This document shows positions 54,230-63,990 of a DNA stretch of 64,000 nucleotides, one piece after another. This DNA is from Escherichia coli. Lineage in GTDB: Bacteria > Pseudomonadota > Gammaproteobacteria > Enterobacterales > Enterobacteriaceae. Under the pieces are notes generated by a model. The model was not told where the DNA came from and searched no databases. It was given only the letters and a program-made list of their open reading frames with translations. Positions within the stretch are counted from its first letter, which is position 1. Every line of letters starts with the position of its first letter. The stretch lies in NCBI GenBank assembly GCA_902500055.1, contig GCA_902500055.1_4131.1. One strand, given 5' to 3'. A program made the position numbers and the translations under genes.

Positions 54230-54265
54230 ATATAAAGGTTGACCGAAGTCAACCCTATTTTCACT
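54230..54265 (-). terminator. UUCG-tetraloop intrinsic terminator
   Basis: GGTTGACCGAAGTCAACC perfect hairpin. Confidence 0.5.
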
Positions 54266-54276
54266 GTACTATACCA

Positions 54277-54573
54277 TTAGTAGTTACAGTCAGCTTTCGC
54301 TGTGAATGTTTTACTTTCTCCGCGTTGTGTGGTGATTCGTCCGAGTAAAGTAGTTTTGTCAATAGTCATTGTAGTTAGTACTGGAACATTACCTTCAAAG
54401 TCAATAGCTTTGAAATTGTAGGTGGTTTCATTCTCCACTACACTTGGACCAAAGAGTTCATATGTGTTGATTTCAAGTGTGTCACCATCTGAACGCAACA
54501 GTGTGCAGTCCAGATTAGGAGTAGCCAGTACAGGGAAAGCCAAACACATTATCATTGCTATAATTAATTTCAT
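54277..54573 (-). CDS. secreted protein (signal peptide)
   Basis: N-terminus MKLIIAMIMCLAFPVLA. Confidence 0.55.
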   Translation of the reverse strand: MKLIIAMIMCLAFPVLATPNLDCTLLRSDGDTLEINTYELFGPSVVENETTYNFKAIDFEGNVPVLTTMTIDKTTLLGRITTQRGESKTFTAKADCNY

Positions 54574-54833
54574 TTCACTTCTCCTGATTTTTTCTTAGGA
54601 TCAACCAATGACCAAATGAAGAATCCGAGAATTACAAGTACCCACAGAATCATGATAAAGAAAGCAAACAGTACAATAGTATTTGTCAAAAAGAAATACA
54701 ATAGAATGTTCGACCCAATACTACATACAATCAATGCAGCTTCATGTTTAACAACACGAATGGCTGTAATGAGTGCGGGAAGAAATCCGACAAATAACAG
54801 TACTAACGCATATAGTGATAATGTTTCAGCCAT
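54570..54833 (-). CDS. small membrane protein
   Basis: ORF track 87 aa; hydrophobic helices. Confidence 0.5.
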   Translation of the reverse strand: MAETLSLYALVLLFVGFLPALITAIRVVKHEAALIVCSIGSNILLYFFLTNTIVLFAFFIMILWVLVILGFFIWSLVDPKKKSGEVK

Positions 54834-54989
54834 GATATCCCTTATTTGGTTTGTTCAACACTAGGTGTATTGATATAGGTGTCAATTGAATAACATACTG
54901 TACCCACTACAACAGCAGCGATTAGGGCAGCAACTACAAATTTCAAACCTTGCATATATGATACCTCAGTTATATTGAGAAGTTATGAT

Positions 54990-55030
54990 ACAACAAAGGG
55001 CTGACCTTAGTCAACCATTTTTATTACTTC
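54990..55030 (-). terminator. tetraloop intrinsic terminator
   Basis: GGCTGACCTTAGTCAACC with flanking A/T runs. Confidence 0.45.
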
Positions 55031-55407
55031 TTGAACTTATGTTTTTCACTTTCGATTGCATTCACGATTTCATCATGAATTTTACGAAGATTGTGAGTTT
55101 TCTTTAGAGAATCATGCAATGCACGGAATGCAGAGTGTACAGTTGCTTTAAAGTGCTCTTTAGGAGTTACTTTAAGTTTCTCGATAATATCACGTACATA
55201 GATTGGGTGATCCTCAAACACACGATTAAGCTCATGGCCTAGTGATTCTAGGCTAAATGCTTTTTCACGGGATGGACGATCATGTGCAAGACTTTGGTCT
55301 GGTTTTAGAAGACCTAGTGAATCTAGATACTTGTGCTTATGTGCATTGTCTAGACCAGAAATATCAACATCATGTGATGGATCTTTCTTATTCCATTTAC
55401 CAACCAT
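55024..55407 (-). CDS. hypothetical protein (shares domain with 52420-53679)
   Basis: KYLDSLGLLKPDQ and HPIYVRDIIEKLKVTPKEHFKA parallel RYVNSLGLLNATQ and KPQLIQGIVKELQSVPKEELKV. Confidence 0.6.
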   Translation of the reverse strand: MVGKWNKKDPSHDVDISGLDNAHKHKYLDSLGLLKPDQSLAHDRPSREKAFSLESLGHELNRVFEDHPIYVRDIIEKLKVTPKEHFKATVHSAFRALHDSLKKTHNLRKIHDEIVNAIESEKHKFKK

Positions 55408-55522
55408 TTTTATAACTCCTATAAGAGATAAATTTTACTATAATATTTATAGTTCCGTTGTCATTTATATCGAATGACATAAAACATTATATCATAATAA
55501 GAATGGTTGTCCCAAAGTTAAA

Positions 55523-55966
55523 TTAGTACTGATCAAGTTCAGATGTAAAAATGAATGCATCCATGTCTTCCAACGTAAGTTTTAAGTCTGGTACATACTT
55601 AAGAATAACGCACTCTGGCTTCTTAATAGCAGCTTGATAAGCAGCAATGGCAAGGGATTCCAACTGCTGTGCTGTATAATTTTTCCGTTCTGCATTAAAA
55701 ACTTTGTTTTTGATATCACCACCTGGGAGTTTTTCAAACTCACGCATAACTGCGGCAAGAACATCGTCGGCAGTGTTACTATATACCCATTGGGGTAATT
55801 GCATTACATTATAAATCACACCACTATCATCCATCAAAGAGATCCATTTATATCCATCACTCGCACTGAACAAACGCCCTTTTAGTACTGTATTATTGGT
55901 TAAATTTACAAATGCAAAAATATCTTGTTCGTTAAGTTCAATACTATTAACATTTACCCAACTCAT
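55523..55966 (-). CDS. hypothetical protein
   Basis: ORF track; start trimmed to Met11. Confidence 0.55.
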   Translation of the reverse strand: MSWVNVNSIELNEQDIFAFVNLTNNTVLKGRLFSASDGYKWISLMDDSGVIYNVMQLPQWVYSNTADDVLAAVMREFEKLPGGDIKNKVFNAERKNYTAQQLESLAIAAYQAAIKKPECVILKYVPDLKLTLEDMDAFIFTSELDQY

Positions 55967-55979
55967 TACGATTCCCCAT

Positions 55980-56552
55980 TCATAAATCACGAACAATATT
56001 CATTAAACACAATTTAGGCTTTATAGAATTCAAAACCCATATGCACTCTTTGTAAGTAGCTATTATATCATCTAAATGCTCAGTCACAATACTTTCTTGA
56101 AAATATTCTTCATCATTGAGCTTTGCTAATTTAGTAACATCACATGTAGGCACTATAGGTCTGGATTGTACACCCATTCCATTATTGATATTAGTGAAAT
56201 GTACAAAATGGTACTTCACAACACCTTTATCTAGATTTATTATACATGACAAATTTTCCAACTCAGTTAGTTTTTTATTACAAGTAACATTAATGAAACC
56301 AGCATTATAGGCTCTATAATCATCTACTGATATCTCAAAATCATTACGTTCAAATATAAGTGAAATGAGTTGGTCCAGTGGTTTGACATTCATATATTTT
56401 AATGAATTTACGTATGATACTTCAATCTTAGATGAAATTATCTTTTTACTAAGTGCAGTTAAATCTTTGTTAGATTTAACTGTTAAAACAATAGGTTTAA
56501 ACCTAGAACTTTTGTTCTTTTTTGATACTTTAAAACGACCTTTACGATTCAT
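55980..56552 (-). CDS. hypothetical protein
   Basis: ORF track; start trimmed to Met9. Confidence 0.5.
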   Translation of the reverse strand: MNRKGRFKVSKKNKSSRFKPIVLTVKSNKDLTALSKKIISSKIEVSYVNSLKYMNVKPLDQLISLIFERNDFEISVDDYRAYNAGFINVTCNKKLTELENLSCIINLDKGVVKYHFVHFTNINNGMGVQSRPIVPTCDVTKLAKLNDEEYFQESIVTEHLDDIIATYKECIWVLNSIKPKLCLMNIVRDL

Positions 56553-56559
56553 AATTTCC

Positions 56560-56781
56560 TCAATTAATAATTTCACATTTAACGTGTGGTTTATATAGCA
56601 TAATTAACCCATTTTTAAGTACAATGATTGTTGCTCTGTTAGTAATCGAAACGTTTTTAATTATACTTTTTTTATATGTTTCAACATATTTCTCTTCATA
56701 ATTTATACATTTAACATATTCTTTTTGTTTAGCACTTACAACAGTACTGAATAATATCAGTACAAGTACTATATATTTCAT
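56560..56781 (-). CDS. secreted small protein (signal peptide)
   Basis: N-terminus MKYIVLVLILFSTVVSA. Confidence 0.5.
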   Translation of the reverse strand: MKYIVLVLILFSTVVSAKQKEYVKCINYEEKYVETYKKSIIKNVSITNRATIIVLKNGLIMLYKPHVKCEIIN

Positions 56782-56833
56782 TACTATACCTTATAAACAA
56801 AAAGGAATTCATTTAAGAATTCCTATTTTACAA

Positions 56834-57127
56834 TCATTTATCTAACATACCATTGTGTAAACGTTCATATACTTCAGTTCGACGCAAATTCACAATATCT
56901 TCTGCGTATTTTAATGTAAATGCCCATGCTTTTGGATGTACGTTAAGCTTCATACGAATTCGATTTTTCATCAACTCTCCACTTAAACGAATAAATTCGT
57001 GTACACCACGACTACCGTATTCAGTAATTAAATCATTAATGTACATATCACGAAGAGTTTCATCTGCACATTCTTTAACCATTTCTACGTCAGCGACGAT
57101 GCTTTCATTAACTGAAGTACTGATCAT
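56834..57127 (-). CDS. hypothetical protein
   Basis: ORF track 97 aa. Confidence 0.5.
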   Translation of the reverse strand: MISTSVNESIVADVEMVKECADETLRDMYINDLITEYGSRGVHEFIRLSGELMKNRIRMKLNVHPKAWAFTLKYAEDIVNLRRTEVYERLHNGMLDK

Positions 57128-57138
57128 TTTAATTTACC

Positions 57139-57405
57139 TTATTTAAATTCGACTGTAATTTTATCACCTTCAACTACGAACTTACAGTTGTAGCGACGTG
57201 CCATATCCATGTACATATGCTCAGAGTACCAAGGAACATCAATAATCGGATGCTCTGCATATTGTAGAACTTCACGGTCGCCCACTGTAGTAATGATGAA
57301 AGGAATGTTCATCTCTCGTAAAAACAGTTCAGCACCAGGAGAACGATTAATAAATTCAGTATCATTACGTAAAGTAAATCCATTATATTGTAATTTAAGC
57401 TTCAT
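57139..57405 (-). CDS. hypothetical protein
   Basis: ORF track 88 aa. Confidence 0.5.
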   Translation of the reverse strand: MKLKLQYNGFTLRNDTEFINRSPGAELFLREMNIPFIITTVGDREVLQYAEHPIIDVPWYSEHMYMDMARRYNCKFVVEGDKITVEFK

Positions 57406-57419
57406 ATGTTATCCTCTAT

Positions 57420-57764
57420 TCAATACCATTCTTTAAAACCATTAAGTTCGGCTACGTGAGTGATTATAACACATATAACATTCAGGTCAAGTATAATTTG
57501 ATCATAATTTAATTTTATACGATCATCATTATATGCTCTAAAAACTACATCGTAATCAAAGAAATTTGCGTTTTCATCATTCATTGAAACGATTCGGTAT
57601 CTACGTCTTCCATCTGTATTGAATATAGTTAAACACTGTTGAAACTTTCTCATTAACTGTTTAGATAGGATATTATAATATTCAATATCTTTTTGTGAAT
57701 TACGTGGGTCATCAGGAAGATAGAATGAAACAAATTTCTTTAATTCTATTTGAGTTTTATCCAT
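57420..57764 (-). CDS. hypothetical protein
   Basis: ORF track 114 aa. Confidence 0.5.
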   Translation of the reverse strand: MDKTQIELKKFVSFYLPDDPRNSQKDIEYYNILSKQLMRKFQQCLTIFNTDGRRRYRIVSMNDENANFFDYDVVFRAYNDDRIKLNYDQIILDLNVICVIITHVAELNGFKEWY

Positions 57765-58197
57765 ATATTACCTCATGTGTTTCTCTTTTACTTTGTCGGA
57801 ACTCATCCTTTGCTTCCTTAACTGACATGATACGAACTAATTTAGCACTACCGCAATAGTACTGAACCTGATTACGACCAATGTCTACATGGTGGTCTGG
57901 AACTTCATATACAGATATAGCAAACCCAGCACGATGCAATTTACCTAAGTCCATAGTGAAGAATCTGAACAAATCTTTCAAACTTTGACAGCCAAATACC
58001 CATCCACTTTTGATTGAATAGATCCCATCCTCAGTTGGTTCAGGTTGGAATTGAGAAGGTGTAGTCATGAGCAAACGGTCAAATCCATTTTTAGTACTGT
58101 ATCTGGTTGAATACCGTGCAAACGGACCTACAGTTCGTGCAGGATCTAAGTTAGGTTCAATGTAACTAAATTTAAGTTCAAAACGATATACATACAT
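57757..58197 (-). CDS. hypothetical protein
   Basis: ORF track 146 aa. Confidence 0.55.
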   Translation of the reverse strand: MYVYRFELKFSYIEPNLDPARTVGPFARYSTRYSTKNGFDRLLMTTPSQFQPEPTEDGIYSIKSGWVFGCQSLKDLFRFFTMDLGKLHRAGFAISVYEVPDHHVDIGRNQVQYYCGSAKLVRIMSVKEAKDEFRQSKRETHEVIYG

Positions 58198-58231
58198 AAT
58201 TAAAATCCTCTAATTTATTAAGAGAATTATA

Positions 58232-58268
58232 ACAAAAAAGGCTGACCGAAGTCAACCTTTGTTTTGAA
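58232..58268 (-). terminator. UUCG-tetraloop intrinsic terminator (bidirectional)
   Basis: AAAAAAGGCTGACCGAAGTCAACCTTTGTTTTG. Confidence 0.55.
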
Positions 58269-58443
58269 GTTCTTGAACTAATTGTCGTACTTCGTTAATA
58301 TTATTACACTGCTTTACAGTGAAGTAATCATACTTACGACCATAGGTTCTTGGGTCATCACCTTCCATATACTGCTGCACATCAAAGATTTGTAAGTAGG
58401 GATGCTGCATAACACGAATATTTTCACTTTGATAAATCAACAT
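58252..58443 (-). CDS. hypothetical small protein
   Basis: ORF track; start trimmed to Met19; stop lies in terminator stem. Confidence 0.4.
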   Translation of the reverse strand: MLIYQSENIRVMQHPYLQIFDVQQYMEGDDPRTYGRKYDYFTVKQCNNINEVRQLVQELQNKG

Positions 58444-58447
58444 AATA

Positions 58448-58798
58448 TCAATCCTTATATTTACACAAGCCACCAAAACTAGTTTCTTTAGCACCACGAC
58501 GCATCATAACTAATTTAGCATATTGTGTACCATTACTATCTTCATATACATCTACTTCAATAAACGCTAAGAAGTTAGGGTCTGTGTCGTTAGAAAACTC
58601 AGTGAAGCTAATGTCGCCTACTGTATGCTCTTTAACAAACGTATATGATTGTCCATCAATATATACAATATCTCGATCGTCACTATCACCTTGATAGATA
58701 TGTTTAATATTACCATCTGTACAAACTAAACCTTCCAATGGTTCAGCATATGACAATCCACACATTAACATACATACAAAAAATAAAATAATTTTCAT
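58448..58798 (-). CDS. secreted protein (signal peptide)
   Basis: N-terminus MKIILFFVCMLMCGLSYAEP. Confidence 0.55.
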   Translation of the reverse strand: MKIILFFVCMLMCGLSYAEPLEGLVCTDGNIKHIYQGDSDDRDIVYIDGQSYTFVKEHTVGDISFTEFSNDTDPNFLAFIEVDVYEDSNGTQYAKLVMMRRGAKETSFGGLCKYKD

Positions 58799-58800
58799 GA

Positions 58801-59178
58801 TTATTTTCCTCCAACGTTAAGTGATTTCTTGTACTGATATTCTTTATAAGTACTATACCATATATCACCAACGTAAATCAAGTACCACGTAGCAGGATAA
58901 AGAGCCAATCCAGTACTGATGTATACGAACTTTTGGTCAAGGACATCAAATACATGCAGAAGGAAAGTTACTCCCATAATGCAAGAACAAATTAACCATA
59001 AGTTATAAGCCATTGAATCGCAAGCAAAAATAGAATCAAGCTTAGAAATTAGGACATATTTGTTTGTTAAAATAAAATGAATTACTGCAACTAAACAATA
59101 TCCTGCCATAAAAATAGAAATTAAAAAAGACAGAATAATTGGAATATTCAACAACAAAAGTAAAATAGTGTTTACCAT
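58801..59178 (-). CDS. polytopic membrane protein
   Basis: ORF track 125 aa; several hydrophobic helices. Confidence 0.55.
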   Translation of the reverse strand: MVNTILLLLLNIPIILSFLISIFMAGYCLVAVIHFILTNKYVLISKLDSIFACDSMAYNLWLICSCIMGVTFLLHVFDVLDQKFVYISTGLALYPATWYLIYVGDIWYSTYKEYQYKKSLNVGGK

Positions 59179-59190
59179 TTTTTTTAAGTC

Positions 59191-59550
59191 CTATATTTCA
59201 CAGTGTAAGTTCAATTTATCTATATCTAGGTCACGGCGTACCGATGAGTCCAAGTAAATTACTATATAGATATCACCATTACCAGTTCTTGGGTCTACAA
59301 TTAATATTACGTTTGCTAATGTACCAGAATCATCTCTATAAGTCGAGATTTTTTTATTACCGATAATACTTTCTACTTTAAAACGATAAATCACACCATC
59401 AACAACTATATTTTTACCATTTCTAGGGTCGTTAGTCAATACATGCCACGTTCCCTTAGTACTACGACAATATGTTTCTGCTGCTACACCATAACTAAAA
59501 CATGAAAATAATGCACACACAAGTGCTATTAATTTTATATAGCTTTTCAT
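59191..59550 (-). CDS. secreted protein (signal peptide)
   Basis: N-terminus MKSYIKLIALVCALFSCFSYGVAA. Confidence 0.55.
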   Translation of the reverse strand: MKSYIKLIALVCALFSCFSYGVAAETYCRSTKGTWHVLTNDPRNGKNIVVDGVIYRFKVESIIGNKKISTYRDDSGTLANVILIVDPRTGNGDIYIVIYLDSSVRRDLDIDKLNLHCEI

Positions 59551-59628
59551 AACAAACCTCTAACGAGAAATACTTCTGTACTATATATATGTACAGAAGT
59601 ATTTAATACTATAGAGGTATTTTGACTG

Positions 59629-59955
59629 TTACATCTTATTCGTGAACTTGAATTTGATAATATCAATCCAAATTTTAACATTTCCTGCAAATAGTGCTTT
59701 GATTAGCCACATAATTGCAACAAAGTTCTCAACTAAATCCAAAGTTTTAACTACTGCACCGAGTGGGAAGATAAAACTCAAAACCCATACAATTACTGAA
59801 ACCACAACGACTGTATAGAAAATACGCACAATCGGTGAATCAAGCATAAACAACTCAGAGAACTCTTTTTTATCATTATCATCAGTAATAAAGCATTCGT
59901 AAACCAGAAGCCAAATCAGAATTAAAGACGGAATTGAAATTAGTACTGATAGCAT
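59629..59955 (-). CDS. membrane protein
   Basis: ORF track 108 aa; hydrophobic helices. Confidence 0.5.
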   Translation of the reverse strand: MLSVLISIPSLILIWLLVYECFITDDNDKKEFSELFMLDSPIVRIFYTVVVVSVIVWVLSFIFPLGAVVKTLDLVENFVAIMWLIKALFAGNVKIWIDIIKFKFTNKM

Positions 59956-60015
59956 ATTTTTTACCTCAAGTTTAAGTGTTAAGTTTCAGACTACAGGAAC
60001 CATTATACAGTACTA

Positions 60016-60255
60016 CTAATTGTTGTCAACTGGTTTTTCTTCAATAAGCATAAGATAACTGATTACGAAGAGTAATACCGACACAATATCAATAACAGTA
60101 AAGCTCACGGGAATGATAATAGAAACCAGTACTAATGCCACGTTTAGCAAGAATACAGTAGTGATATCTACAATCGGTCGTTTAGTGGCTAATGCTACTA
60201 GTGTAGGATAAAACATAAACAATAGTGCAACAACAAAACTTAGTACTAGATACAT
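60016..60255 (-). CDS. small membrane protein
   Basis: ORF track 79 aa; two hydrophobic helices. Confidence 0.5.
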   Translation of the reverse strand: MYLVLSFVVALLFMFYPTLVALATKRPIVDITTVFLLNVALVLVSIIIPVSFTVIDIVSVLLFVISYLMLIEEKPVDNN

Positions 60256-60833
60256 TTCTTTTTCACCTTAATAAAATTATAACACAAAACCACATCAACA
60301 TCTGGTTCATCATACAAGTACTCAAAACGTTCTTTACTTCGTTTAGTACCAATATAATCACCATTCTTATGCCAACGCCATCCACCATCCTTTGGTTGTT
60401 CAGACTTCAGTACTGGGTGATAGCACAGGACAATTTCTTCTGGACCTTCAATTAGGTTCTTGTACTTATTCATAATCTGTTCAAGCGTATCTGCTACACC
60501 ATAAGATGGATGCATAAGATAAGACTCAGGACGTGGACGTCCACTTGGTAGAATATCATCAGTACTATTAAAGATAGCACGGAAGTCTTCAGATGTGTAT
60601 AGACTTCCATCTTCATGGATCATTGGGTATTCATCCACTACATCGTAATCAGTGAAGTGTTCAATTGCATGTCCAGGTCGATAACCTGCAAGGATACCTG
60701 CATGTTTAGTCTGGACAATAGTCATAACAGATGTATTGTTGTTTACAGTTGGATCATGAATTTCAGCCCAGAACGGATGATTTGGGTCAAAAGTTGCATT
60801 TACCAATGTACACTCACCAATGTAATCAAACAT
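60246..60833 (-). CDS. hypothetical protein
   Basis: ORF track; start trimmed to Met32 (MFDYIGECT) with AAGGAAACT RBS. Confidence 0.55.
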   Translation of the reverse strand: MFDYIGECTLVNATFDPNHPFWAEIHDPTVNNNTSVMTIVQTKHAGILAGYRPGHAIEHFTDYDVVDEYPMIHEDGSLYTSEDFRAIFNSTDDILPSGRPRPESYLMHPSYGVADTLEQIMNKYKNLIEGPEEIVLCYHPVLKSEQPKDGGWRWHKNGDYIGTKRSKERFEYLYDEPDVDVVLCYNFIKVKKKCI

Positions 60834-60939
60834 AGTTTCCTTGAAGTTTAAAGAAACCCCACGTAATGCCCAGTCAGGTGAAGTGATGAAATTAAGATTA
60901 ACTAACATAAGTATCCTCAGATGCAATTTTTTGATGTGG

Positions 60940-61155
60940 TTATTGTATCAAAGATGTATCGATTTGTACAACATTTATTGTAACTATTTCGTACATATAG
61001 TCAGGTGCATTGAACTCAGCATACCACTCAATGATCTCACAGGCAGCATCAACTTGGTTGTTCGCATTAACACGTCTTGCATAGGTACTAGACATTTTAT
61101 ATCTACCATTTACATACACGTTATATACACCATGACACCACCACATCTTAGTCAT
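60940..61155 (-). CDS. hypothetical protein
   Basis: ORF track 71 aa. Confidence 0.45.
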   Translation of the reverse strand: MTKMWWCHGVYNVYVNGRYKMSSTYARRVNANNQVDAACEIIEWYAEFNAPDYMYEIVTINVVQIDTSLIQ

Positions 61156-61366
61156 TTATGCTAGGCCATACTTTGTATTGTAAGTTCTGGTATTGAAATT
61201 TACCAATTTCATTTTTCTTACGGAATGATTCATCTACTTGAATTTCCGCATCGTACTGACCATCAGCCTGTACAACGTACTTAAATTCTTCTACGTGTGA
61301 AAAACGTTGACCTTCACCTTCTGGTTTATAGACTTGTACTAAACCTTCAACTAGATATAAATTCAT
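61148..61366 (-). CDS. hypothetical protein
   Basis: ORF track 72 aa. Confidence 0.5.
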   Translation of the reverse strand: MNLYLVEGLVQVYKPEGEGQRFSHVEEFKYVVQADGQYDAEIQVDESFRKKNEIGKFQYQNLQYKVWPSIND

Positions 61367-61369
61367 TTA

Positions 61370-61591
61370 TCATTCCTCATCACTTTCAGTTAGCATAATG
61401 CTATGTACAGTTTCCACATAGCGGTGTGTTTTAGGTGTGTTATACTTTGTAATTTCATCAAACAATTTAAACAGTGCATCTACTTCACTAAGAGCACGAA
61501 TGAATACATCCATCTTGGTGACTACTCTGGAAAACCCGCGTATGTTATTAAATTCAGAGACGTGTTCATACACAACATAGTATCTATTCAT
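61370..61591 (-). CDS. hypothetical protein
   Basis: ORF track 73 aa. Confidence 0.5.
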   Translation of the reverse strand: MNRYYVVYEHVSEFNNIRGFSRVVTKMDVFIRALSEVDALFKLFDEITKYNTPKTHRYVETVHSIMLTESDEE

Positions 61592-62106
61592 ATATTAAAA
61601 AGTTCCATGAATTCATTGAATAAAGAAGTTCTAATGCACATAACAAATTCAAAGTCAACATCGATGGTGTCAAGTAGTTTGAACAACTTTGGTACTAATG
61701 GATCATTCACCTCAAAGTTATAAATCAAACTTTGTTGAAACACATTTTCTTCAGTACTATAATCAATAACAAAATATTCAGCAATACCAGGTGGTGTGTA
61801 AACATCATATAAAATATGGCGGTGATGATTTGTTTTAGAACTAGGGGAATATATAAGTTCTATTTCATAAGATTTATCAGCACTGCGTGCGTAACAAACA
61901 ATATCAGTACTTGTTATTTCTGAACCATCACTTCTCTCTGAAAAACAAATATCAGCATATCGTTTTCCAGAAAGATTCAAAAGATCATGAGTTGTTTTAC
62001 CATAACAGAAATCAGTTTCAATGCGTATCACATCTTGATATTCAATTGGTCTTGTATCGCGGCGTTCACGATTAAACACTAATGTCAACAACTCATTAAT
62101 ATCCAT
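61588..62106 (-). CDS. hypothetical protein
   Basis: ORF track 172 aa; ATGA overlap with downstream gene. Confidence 0.55.
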   Translation of the reverse strand: MDINELLTLVFNRERRDTRPIEYQDVIRIETDFCYGKTTHDLLNLSGKRYADICFSERSDGSEITSTDIVCYARSADKSYEIELIYSPSSKTNHHRHILYDVYTPPGIAEYFVIDYSTEENVFQQSLIYNFEVNDPLVPKLFKLLDTIDVDFEFVMCIRTSLFNEFMELFNI

Positions 62107-62306
62107 TACTTAGTCTCAATAACCTTTAGATTTACAAAGTCACCTTTAACCTTCATACATTTGTATTCAGTGCGAGTTTCATCACCAGCATCACGAGGCC
62201 AATGAGTTGCAGAGTAACACTGATCAGGTGTTTTATATACACCTTCACCAACGGTGCGAGTGATTTCACCATTAGTTAGTACTACTGCAAGATATAAAGT
62301 AAACAT
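62106..62306 (-). CDS. hypothetical protein
   Basis: ORF track 66 aa. Confidence 0.5.
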   Translation of the reverse strand: MFTLYLAVVLTNGEITRTVGEGVYKTPDQCYSATHWPRDAGDETRTEYKCMKVKGDFVNLKVIETK

Positions 62307-62457
62307 ATTAGTCCTTACAATAATTTATTAATAATAATAGCACCCAAACCAAGTACTGCAATAATTGCAGATACCCACATTACCGCGTTCACTGTACCTG
62401 TGAGTTCTTTATCAAACTCTCGGCACTTCTTGCGGTAATCTTCCCACTCTTTGTTAT

Positions 62458-62673
62458 TCACACTGCCACTCCTAATAGGTCGGTAGCTTTCTTGAGTACT
62501 ACGTCAATGGTTTCCAGTACTGCACCTTTGTGTTCAATTGATACAATATTATTATAAGTATCAAGGTCCAAGTACTCCATATATTCAGTTTTGAATACAC
62601 GAACATCAGTACTAGTGATTTTAATATCACAACCTTTATCCCAAATAACCTGCATCATTTCATTGGTAGTCAT
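62458..62673 (-). CDS. hypothetical protein
   Basis: ORF track 71 aa. Confidence 0.5.
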   Translation of the reverse strand: MTTNEMMQVIWDKGCDIKITSTDVRVFKTEYMEYLDLDTYNNIVSIEHKGAVLETIDVVLKKATDLLGVAV

Positions 62674-62948
62674 TATTCAACCTTATCATAAACAAGTTTG
62701 TGTGTGCTTAGTACTTTGTTGTGATGTCCAGGGCATTCATATACATACAATCGCTCCTGTCGTTTTTCCCAACCACCACAGATACGACCTGATTGTGTAC
62801 ATACCTCATACTCGTTAATAAAAGACTTACCTGTGAATGTACAATCCTGACGAACTAAGTCTTTTGCACTAAACCTGCCGTCATCATTACATGCTGTAAG
62901 AAACATTGTACAGAATACAAAGACAACTGTCAATAGTTTTTTAATCAT
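62673..62948 (-). CDS. lipoprotein (putative)
   Basis: N-terminus MIKKLLTVVFVFCTMFLTACNDD with lipobox-like LTAC. Confidence 0.55.
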   Translation of the reverse strand: MIKKLLTVVFVFCTMFLTACNDDGRFSAKDLVRQDCTFTGKSFINEYEVCTQSGRICGGWEKRQERLYVYECPGHHNKVLSTHKLVYDKVE

Positions 62949-63313
62949 TGAACATCACCCCAACGGAAGCCATTCATATAATTCAAATTCACCTCAACGA
63001 GTTCATGTGTTTTTGTACACCAAATTGATAGAGTTTTTGTAACATCACCAGGTGAACTTTCATACTTCACACAATACCCTTCAATGCGAAGAGTTTTGTT
63101 AGTCCAATGTTGCCACTCAATCCAAATTTCATTAGGATAATAAACCATATCTTCCTTGAACCTATGGTATTGATCCATCGGTAAGTGACCTTCAACTTCA
63201 ATTACTTCAGCACTTCGAGCCAGTTTTTCAAGCTTGTACTTTATTTCAGCAAGATATTCTTCATCATTCAGACGAGTTAATAAATCTGCTGCACGTGTTG
63301 TATCAAGGCTCAT
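62945..63313 (-). CDS. hypothetical protein
   Basis: ORF track 122 aa. Confidence 0.55.
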   Translation of the reverse strand: MSLDTTRAADLLTRLNDEEYLAEIKYKLEKLARSAEVIEVEGHLPMDQYHRFKEDMVYYPNEIWIEWQHWTNKTLRIEGYCVKYESSPGDVTKTLSIWCTKTHELVEVNLNYMNGFRWGDVQ

Positions 63314-63315
63314 TG

Positions 63316-63561
63316 TTATTCTCCATGAATTACGGAAGTGTTGATTCGTGTTTTACCGCTAGTGTATCCAGTACTTGTATTTGCATTAGGACAGTACACA
63401 GTGTATAAAGTCGCACCAGCACCATCTTGTTGCATACGATAAATCTTACACCCTGCTTCTTTTAATTCAGCAGGTAGAACAAAATCACTTGTACGTTCTT
63501 TGGTAGAAGCATCACATGCAGTGAGTAGAAATGCGACGAGTACTGCTACAATGTATTTCAT
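63316..63561 (-). CDS. lipoprotein (putative)
   Basis: N-terminus MKYIVAVLVAFLLTACDAS with lipobox LTAC. Confidence 0.55.
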   Translation of the reverse strand: MKYIVAVLVAFLLTACDASTKERTSDFVLPAELKEAGCKIYRMQQDGAGATLYTVYCPNANTSTGYTSGKTRINTSVIHGE

Positions 63562-63869
63562 TAACGAACCTCCACTTCTTGAGAAAGAGCATGAGTCAGT
63601 GCATTTGAATTCGAACCATTCATTTCACGCTGACATACAAACATAATGGCATCTTGTACTGAACCTGCGATTTCATACTCACGACCTTCTGGATCAGTTA
63701 CCAGATGTTCAACGATACAACCACCTCTCAGTACAGAAGCACCAGTACTTACACTAATCCTGTAACCTAAAAAATCAAACTGCATACATGCGTCAGTAGG
63801 TTTCATCCAATAACCGCTGTTTTGATTCAAATCGATGATTACAAAACCTTGAGTGTTAGTTTGAAACAT
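63561..63869 (-). CDS. hypothetical protein
   Basis: ORF track 102 aa. Confidence 0.55.
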   Translation of the reverse strand: MFQTNTQGFVIIDLNQNSGYWMKPTDACMQFDFLGYRISVSTGASVLRGGCIVEHLVTDPEGREYEIAGSVQDAIMFVCQREMNGSNSNALTHALSQEVEVR

Positions 63870-63894
63870 AGTTAATTCCTCATTTAATTTAAAA

Positions 63895-63990
63895 GGGCGG
63901 GAACGCAGTGACGAGTACGATTATGCTGTCTTTCCTTTCACTGCATTCCCTTTGATATAAACATTATACTGCTATTATTCAGTACTGTCA
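63895..63990 (-). promoter_or_regulatory. promoter plus long 5' stem-loop cassette (PeSL-like variant)
   Basis: Long hairpin GGGAACGCAGTGA...TCACTGCATTCCC then TTTGATATAAACATTATAC signature. Confidence 0.45.
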
